Source: Trueperaceae bacterium
GTDB lineage: Bacteria; Deinococcota; Deinococci; Deinococcales; Trueperaceae
NCBI GenBank assembly: GCA_965213925.1
Contig: OZ243927.1
Span: 896,001-960,000, forward strand
DNA length: 64,000 bases
Direction of reading: 5' to 3'
How positions within the stretch are numbered: position 1 is the first letter of the stretch; each line of letters starts with the position of its first letter. Below the pieces are notes generated by a model. The model was given only the letters and a program-made list of their open reading frames with translations, was not told the origin of the DNA and did not search any database. Shown here in pieces: positions 58,052-64,000 of the stretch. The position numbers and the translations under genes were made by a program.

Positions 58052-58837
58052 ATGAACTTGATTGCCTTGCTTTGCACCGATACACAGCTCAGCCACACGC
58101 TCAGCCATTTTCGCAAGGCGTCTTTGGGTTGTTACCTCCATCCCATCTCTCACACTAACATGAGCGAGGTATCGCGTTCGCTCGCGCCGATGGGCTTCTC
58201 TGGCGCACTCATCCTGGACGAAGCGCAGCACGCCAGAGCGTACAGCACGGCGCAGCGCAGTTCGTTAGACGCGCAAGAGGTCGGGGCGGCGGACGCGCTG
58301 AGCGTTTCGATCGGCGGGCTCTTAGCCGAATATAACCTCGGGCGGTCGGTCGGCGCGGCTTTGCAAAATAGAGGGTGGAGCGCACGGGGGGCGAACGTCG
58401 TGCTCTTGGGAGAGGGCGCGCCCGCACGGACGACGTGTTTGGAACTCTCGAGCTTAGGAGCCGCTCACCTCACCGTCTTAGCCACCAACCGCCCCGCCGC
58501 CGAGCTGACCTCGCAGTACGCTTACGCCGCCAGCACCCAAATCACCGCGCGGGCGTACCGCGACCCCTTAGCCCACGCCTATCTGAGCCGCGCGGACCTC
58601 TTGATTCGCATAGACGAGAGCGCCGACGTTCCTGCGAATGTTCTCGGACCTCACCTGAGCGTCGTGGACTTCTCCAGAGAAGCCATGAGCCCGCTGCGCC
58701 AGCAAGCTGCGAGTTTAGGCGCGATGACTTTAGGCTACCGCGACGTGCAGGCGTATCAGATTGCGCTGGGGTTAGAGCAGATTTTGGGCGCACGGGTCAA
58801 CCCGAGCGACTTTTTAGCGGCGCTGCACTCGCTTTAA
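58052..58837 (+). CDS. divergent shikimate-dehydrogenase-like protein
   Basis: GFSGALI..A.EVGAAD and Rossmann-like VVLLGEG; canonical AroE motifs degenerate. Confidence 0.6.
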   Translation: MNLIALLCTDTQLSHTLSHFRKASLGCYLHPISHTNMSEVSRSLAPMGFSGALILDEAQHARAYSTAQRSSLDAQEVGAADALSVSIGGLLAEYNLGRSVGAALQNRGWSARGANVVLLGEGAPARTTCLELSSLGAAHLTVLATNRPAAELTSQYAYAASTQITARAYRDPLAHAYLSRADLLIRIDESADVPANVLGPHLSVVDFSREAMSPLRQQAASLGAMTLGYRDVQAYQIALGLEQILGARVNPSDFLAALHSL

Positions 58838-58904
58838 GAGAAACCACGTTAAGAATTACGCGGTGGCTGGAAACCCTCTATCTCGAGCTTTGCTAAACTG
58901 TCTT

Positions 58905-59426
58905 ATGAAACTGCAACGGTTCTGCCTGCTGAGCGTTCTACTCATCCTCTGCGCTTGCTCCGCGAATCCCGATGAAGCGCCGAGCGAAAACCTCGAATTT
59001 GTTTTGCAAACCGACCAGACTCGTTATCTCGCCGAGCCCTCTATAGGTTCCTCTTACAGCTTCTCTCTGACCGCGACCCTCGATAACACGACGGCTGAAA
59101 CGATCTACTTAAACCTCTGCTTTCCAGATGACACGAGCCCTATCTACGGTGTTGTGTTGGCGGACGAAGACGCCGGGGAGAGCGCCTGGAATCCGGCTTG
59201 GGGCTGTGTAGGGCATGATGAGAGCATCGCGGTAGAGCCGGGGCAAAGCTACACCGAAACGTACCGACTCGAAGCTCCCAACGCCTACAGTAGCGACGGA
59301 GAACCCATCGGAGAGACCGAAGGGCTATTCAGGCTCGTTTACGAAACGCTCGCTTGCGCTGAGAGTGATGCGTGCGCGCCCGGCTCTCTCAGCTCGAACG
59401 CTTTCAGGATCGAGCTTGCCGATTGA
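58905..59426 (+). CDS. hypothetical lipoprotein
   Basis: Lipobox LCAC; ATG 5 nt after TAAACT. Confidence 0.75.
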   Translation: MKLQRFCLLSVLLILCACSANPDEAPSENLEFVLQTDQTRYLAEPSIGSSYSFSLTATLDNTTAETIYLNLCFPDDTSPIYGVVLADEDAGESAWNPAWGCVGHDESIAVEPGQSYTETYRLEAPNAYSSDGEPIGETEGLFRLVYETLACAESDACAPGSLSSNAFRIELAD

Positions 59427-59537
59427 AGGTGCCGCTCGGTGTTACCTTTAACAAGGTCTCGGCTCCACCTTGAACGGTAAATGGTGTGTGAAAATTAACT
59501 CACAAATCCGCACAACGCGCGTCATAGACTAGAATCT

Positions 59538-61364
59538 GTGAACGTTTTTCGCTTGACCTTTTTGTTTTTACTCCTGTGTTCAGGTTATGTCTTTGCCCAA
59601 AATGGGTCGCTCTACGAACTCCCTTATGTGCAGTTAGAGCGCTCAGACGAGACGCTGACGCTCCGCTATGACGGGAAGCGGGCGCGGTACGTGCAGGGGG
59701 TAGGGTGGCTCGAGCCTTCCTTAAACACCGCCCCGCGCGTTGTCGGCGATGAGGTCTTTGTGGACGCTTCGGTTTTAGCGTACTTCGGCGTGGACCTGCC
59801 GAAACTCACGGAGGTGCGTTTCAGCAAGCGGAGCGCAGGCTCGGAGGCGAGCATCACCACGTCGCGGTTTGGGCGAGAGGACGTGCAGAACGTCCGGCTC
59901 GTGTTGGATTTTAGCGAACTCGAGGATGCGAGAGGTTTGGAGAGGCTAGAAGAAGAGGGTGAAGTTCGAGCAGGGGAGAGGCTCGAGCTTATTCTGCCGC
60001 GCGTCTTACTCCCGCTAGGATTGCCCGAAGAGGTATATAGGCTAGCGTTGGAGCTGAATACCACCTCTATCATGACGAAGCTCAACTTGGGCGGCGAGGA
60101 CCGTTCGGGCGAGGATGGCGCGGCGTTTCGCTACCGGGTGTTCGCGCTCGAGAACCCGACGCGGCTCGTTATAGACCTGGAGATTGAACAGCCGCCAATC
60201 TCCACGTTTCAGAGCGAAATACCGGATACCTTTACAGAAGAACCCTCCGCAGAGGCTGACGAACCTCGTAATTTCGATTCCGATGAACAAACAGGTGCCG
60301 ACGCGCCGGTTAGCCCTAGCGAGCAGAGCGAAGCCGAGCTTGATGCTCGAGATAACGAAGCGGCTGAAGGGGCGTGGACTGCGCCGCCGCTAGAGGAGCC
60401 GCGCGTCTTACATCCCGCTGTTACCCAACGGCGCATGACGTATCCGGTCCTGCTCGGCGAAAGCCGCGTGGACATTATCGAAATCGCGCCGGGTTACGGT
60501 GAGTTTCGCGTTGTCGGCGAGTCGTTCGTACCGCGGACGCTTTCTGAACTGTCGGACGGCGGTCTCGCCGCGATTAACGCGAGCTATTTCGACACGGATG
60601 ACCTGCGTACGATTGGTCTACTAGAAATCGACGACACGCTGCTCTCGCTGCCGACCAGAAACCGCGCGAGCATCGGCTTTGGCTTCGGCGACCCGGTGAT
60701 CGACCGGATTCAGGCGACGGTGGAGCTTAGCATCAACGGACGGGCGAAGAGGTTCGACTCGAGCCGGACCGACATCCAAATCTATACGGCTGCGGGGCGA
60801 GAGGTGGGCAGTCCGAGGCAAGGCGCTCTCGTGGTCCAGCGGGGGCGCGTGCTGATGAACAAGGTCGGACCGAGGCGCGTGCCGAGCGGCGGCATGGTCA
60901 TCGCCTACGCGCCGGACTTGCGCGAGTTGGCGCTCGTAGACGCGGGGGACCGTGTGAGCGTCACAGCGGACCTCACCCCTTCGGCGTTCAACTTCGTGGC
61001 GTACGCGGTCGAGGCGGGACCGCTCCTGGTCGCAGACGGACGAGCGGCGTATGAGCCGGGGCTAGAGGCGTTCAGCGCGAGCCCTCTAAGCAACGTGAAC
61101 CGCCCCGCCAGTCGCGCCGCCATCGGCTTGAAGGAGGACGGCACGGTTTTGTTCGTCACCGCGACGAACATGAGCGCTCGCGAGCTGGTCCCGCTCTTTC
61201 TCTCGCTCGGCGCGGAGCGCGCCCTGCAGATGGACAGTGGCAGCAGCAGCACGCTCGTCGCGGCGGGCGAGGTCATCAACCGCCCGCCGGACTCGCAGCG
61301 CCAGATTGCGACGGCGGTCGTGTATGTGCCTTTTGATTTGAGCGGCGTGCAGGGGCTCGAGTAA
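59538..61364 (+). CDS. secreted phosphodiester-glycosidase (NAGPA/DUF2233-like) protein
   Basis: Signal peptide, P.RLVID, AAINASYF, AGPLLV, RAAIG, A..MD.G.S. Confidence 0.8.
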   Translation: MNVFRLTFLFLLLCSGYVFAQNGSLYELPYVQLERSDETLTLRYDGKRARYVQGVGWLEPSLNTAPRVVGDEVFVDASVLAYFGVDLPKLTEVRFSKRSAGSEASITTSRFGREDVQNVRLVLDFSELEDARGLERLEEEGEVRAGERLELILPRVLLPLGLPEEVYRLALELNTTSIMTKLNLGGEDRSGEDGAAFRYRVFALENPTRLVIDLEIEQPPISTFQSEIPDTFTEEPSAEADEPRNFDSDEQTGADAPVSPSEQSEAELDARDNEAAEGAWTAPPLEEPRVLHPAVTQRRMTYPVLLGESRVDIIEIAPGYGEFRVVGESFVPRTLSELSDGGLAAINASYFDTDDLRTIGLLEIDDTLLSLPTRNRASIGFGFGDPVIDRIQATVELSINGRAKRFDSSRTDIQIYTAAGREVGSPRQGALVVQRGRVLMNKVGPRRVPSGGMVIAYAPDLRELALVDAGDRVSVTADLTPSAFNFVAYAVEAGPLLVADGRAAYEPGLEAFSASPLSNVNRPASRAAIGLKEDGTVLFVTATNMSARELVPLFLSLGAERALQMDSGSSSTLVAAGEVINRPPDSQRQIATAVVYVPFDLSGVQGLE

Positions 61365-61409
61365 TACCAGAATGGAGAAACAGACGCTTTCATTCTCCGT
61401 TCCGTCCAC

Positions 61410-62246
61410 CTAGTCGCCCCCTCGTTTCCCCCCCGACTTTTGCCCCTTCTGCCCGCCTTTGATCCTCACGACCTCTTCCGCCGGGTACTCCTCGAAACCG
61501 CCCTCGTCGAGCTTCATCTCGACGCTTTGCTTTAAGGGGTTGAGCTTCACCACGCGCCCGCACGCGCCGCTCTCCTCGTGACACGCCTTGCTGCCCTTTT
61601 TCGGCAGTCCTTTGAGCAACTCTTTATACATGTCGTGCTCGTACTGCAAGCAGCACATGAGGCGTCCGCAGGGACCGCTGATCTTCTCGGGGTTGAGGGG
61701 AAGCTGCTGGTCGCGCGCCATGCGAATCGAGACGGCGTTAAAGCCTTGTAGCCAGGTGGACGAGCACGAGCCGCCGCCGCACGCGCCGAGCGTGCCCAGA
61801 ATGCGGGCTTGGTCACGCGGTCCGACGTTGTCGAATTCGATGCGGGCGTCCGTGTAGCCCATAAGCTCTTGCGCCAAGGCGCGCAGCGAAACGGAGCCTT
61901 CAGCGCTGTAGGTGACGACTAGAAGGGCTTCGTCCAGGGTGAATTCCAAGCGGATGACCTTCATCTTTTCGCTGCGCTCTCTCGCACGCGCTTTTAAGAG
62001 CCACTTGAGGTCGTCGGCTTTGGCTTCTAAGGCTCTGTAGGTCTCGAGGTCTTTGGGGTGCGCCACGCGCACGACCTTACCGCTCGGCTTGGCGTCCCCT
62101 CGCGGCGAGGTGCGCACGAGCGCGACCTCTAAACCGCGCCGCGTGTTAACGACGCAGCGCGCGCCGACCTCGGGCACCTCTCTAGGCGGCTCCATGTAGT
62201 GAAGTTTAGGTCCGTTGTCGAAGCGGACCCCTATCGTCTCGGGCAT
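61410..62246 (-). CDS. PSP1/YaaT (RicT) family protein
   Basis: RD.A..G..G.CG, I.MAR.Q.L.LNP.KISG.CGRLMCCL.YE. Confidence 0.92.
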   Translation of the reverse strand: MPETIGVRFDNGPKLHYMEPPREVPEVGARCVVNTRRGLEVALVRTSPRGDAKPSGKVVRVAHPKDLETYRALEAKADDLKWLLKARARERSEKMKVIRLEFTLDEALLVVTYSAEGSVSLRALAQELMGYTDARIEFDNVGPRDQARILGTLGACGGGSCSSTWLQGFNAVSIRMARDQQLPLNPEKISGPCGRLMCCLQYEHDMYKELLKGLPKKGSKACHEESGACGRVVKLNPLKQSVEMKLDEGGFEEYPAEEVVRIKGGQKGQKSGGKRGGD

Positions 62247-62339
62247 CCTTTCCTCCCGTTATCTCTTTTCCCTGGGTGAGTTGGCTCACCTAAGACCTAT
62301 AGCGTACCAATTTTATCCACAAAGAGACTTCACATTTTT

Positions 62340-62560
62340 TAGCAGGTATCATCTGGTTTGAGTGCGCGAAGCGATGCGACCGTTCGTCCAGCTTGACTGG
62401 AAGCAACACTCTCACTATATAAAGCAACGTTTCGCTTTGCGAAAAGTGCCTAACTAGCACGCACATTCGGTGGTGAAATCCCGCTAGCTTCGCTGAGACC
62501 TTTGGCGTTGCCAAAACTTCCGTAAGCGGCGTCCTGTCTCAGTATGCCTTGGAACTGCTG
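62340..62560. repeat. MITE-like element sharing both ends with 34269-34379
   Basis: 23-bp identical left end, 23/25 right end. Confidence 0.7.
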
Positions 62561-62587
62561 TTTGTTCTCTAAGCGCTCCTCCCGCGT

Positions 62588-63235
62588 TCAGGTAAAGAGC
62601 GTGCCCTGCGCCGCCCGCTGCGCGACGGGGCGAAAGCTCTTCCGGTGAAGAGGGCAGAGACCGTGTTCGGACAGCGCCGCCAGATGCTGCGCGGAGCCGT
62701 AACCTTTGTGCTTGGCGAAACCGTAAGCGGGATAGCGGGCGTGCGCGTGGACCATCAGGCGGTCTCTGGTCGTTTTCGCTAAGATGCTCGCCGCCGCGAC
62801 CTGGTAGCTCTGCGCGTCTCCTTTGACCGCGGCGACGACGGGACCGGGAAAGTCTAGCTTCAGAAAGTCCGTTACCAACGCGTCAACGTTGAGACGGAGC
62901 GCGTGAAGCGCCCTTTGCGCGGCGAGGTGCGTGGCGCGCAAAACGTTCACCGCGTCCACCTCTTCGGCGCTCGCCTGACCAACCGCCCACGCTAGCGCCC
63001 TAGCCTTGACCTCTTCGGCTAAGGTTTCACGGGTTGCGGCGCTGAGCGCTTTGGAGTCGTCGAAAGGGTACCCGGCGAAAGGGAGAATGGCGGCGGCGGC
63101 GACGACGGGTCCAGCCAGCGCGCCGCGCCCGGCTTCGTCCACGCCGGCGGTGCAGGCGTAGCCGTTTGTCCAGAGGGGGTGCTCGAGCCCCCACCCTGGC
63201 GTCAGCTTATCTTTAATCTTGCGCGAGGACGACAC
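62588..63235 (-). CDS. rnhB: ribonuclease HII
   Basis: GVDEAGRG.LAGPVV, DSK, KGD, AAASILAK..RD, KGYG. Confidence 0.96.
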   Translation of the reverse strand: MSSSRKIKDKLTPGWGLEHPLWTNGYACTAGVDEAGRGALAGPVVAAAAILPFAGYPFDDSKALSAATRETLAEEVKARALAWAVGQASAEEVDAVNVLRATHLAAQRALHALRLNVDALVTDFLKLDFPGPVVAAVKGDAQSYQVAAASILAKTTRDRLMVHAHARYPAYGFAKHKGYGSAQHLAALSEHGLCPLHRKSFRPVAQRAAQGTLFT

Positions 63236-64000
63236 CGTCGGTGAGAAGTTCCTTTGCGTGGGCGGGCACGCTGAAATAGAACGTGCTGCCCCGCCCCACT
63301 TTAGAGTCGACCCAAATCTCGCCGCCGTGTTTTTCTACGGCGAGCTTGCAGAAGGTCAGACCCATGCCTGTGTCGAAGCGGTCGTGCACCGTGTGGCGCG
63401 ACTGCTCGAAAGCGTTGAAGATGCGCTTGTGGTCCGCTTCGGGAATGCCTTCGCCGTCGTCGCGCACGGAGAGGACGACGTGCTCGTCCTCTTTCCAGGC
63501 GCGAAAGTCCACGTGCCCGCCGCGCCGCGTGTGCTTGACCGCGTTAGCGAAGAGGTTGGCGAGCACGCGGCGCAAAAGACCCTTGTCCGCGAAAATCCGC
63601 TCCGCCTCGGGTCTTACCAGCACGCTGAAATGCCGCTCCTCGTGGGCGCTTCTGGCGTCACCTAACGCCGTCTCGACGAGCCCCGTCAAGTTCTCTATCC
63701 AAGCGGGGTCGTAGGGCATGTGACCCTCTTTCATGCGGCGCACGTCGAGGATGTTGGCGGCTAGGTTGAGGAGGTGCTGCGACTCGCCGCGCGCCAAGCT
63801 CAGCAGCTCGACGACGCCCTGCTCGTCGTCCGCGGCGTGCATGATGTCGATGGTGTGGTCCAAAAGTCCCATCACGCTGGCGATCGGGCTCTTGAGGTCG
63901 TGGACGAGCATGTGGGTGAGGTCGTCCTTGACGCGCTCGGCTTCCTTAAAGGCGTCCTCGAACCCGCGTAGCCGCGCCAAGGTCTCGCGCAGCCCCGCGT
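63213..64000 (-). CDS. sensor histidine kinase, C-terminal part (runs off window end)
   Basis: HDLKSP H-box, N..NA.KH, D.G.GI, G.GL..CK, G.GSTF. Confidence 0.93.
   Translation of the reverse strand, partial: AGLRETLARLRGFEDAFKEAERVKDDLTHMLVHDLKSPIASVMGLLDHTIDIMHAADDEQGVVELLSLARGESQHLLNLAANILDVRRMKEGHMPYDPAWIENLTGLVETALGDARSAHEERHFSVLVRPEAERIFADKGLLRRVLANLFANAVKHTRRGGHVDFRAWKEDEHVVLSVRDDGEGIPEADHKRIFNAFEQSRHTVHDRFDTGMGLTFCKLAVEKHGGEIWVDSKVGRGSTFYFSVPAHAKELLTDGVVLAQD

Overview
GC-rich bacterial chromosomal segment, most likely Deinococcota (Trueperaceae-like); this is inferred from gene content and from many leaderless starts placed 5-8 nt after a TANNNT -10 box. Most of the window is housekeeping: sdhCDAB, gatA, aroE, ltaE, trmFO, recG, lpdA, trpE/G/D, fabI, thrS, rnhB, plus small accessory genes. 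The standout is 4.8-7.0 kb, which reads as the remnant of a type I-E CRISPR-associated Tn7-like transposon. It contains the 3' half of cas5e, an intact cas6e, and a leaderless 3-repeat/2-spacer array whose last repeat is atypical. A convergent tniQ and a TGT-terminated end with two tandem TnsB-like sites follow. Spacer 2 matches (28/31 nt, 5'-AAG PAM) the 3' end of the DNA adenine methyltransferase gene just outside that end, about 44 bp from the terminus, which is the geometry of RNA-guided homing. That methyltransferase is itself frameshifted by a 188-bp array of 33-bp repeats. tnsA/B/C, cas7/8/11 and the other element end are not visible in the window. Other notable items are a 3.9-kb IS1182-based cargo transposon with perfect terminal IRs and a target duplication, a candidate leaderless Trp leader peptide, strong CTCGAG enrichment, several MITE/REP-like repeats, and a Blh retinal-forming dioxygenase.
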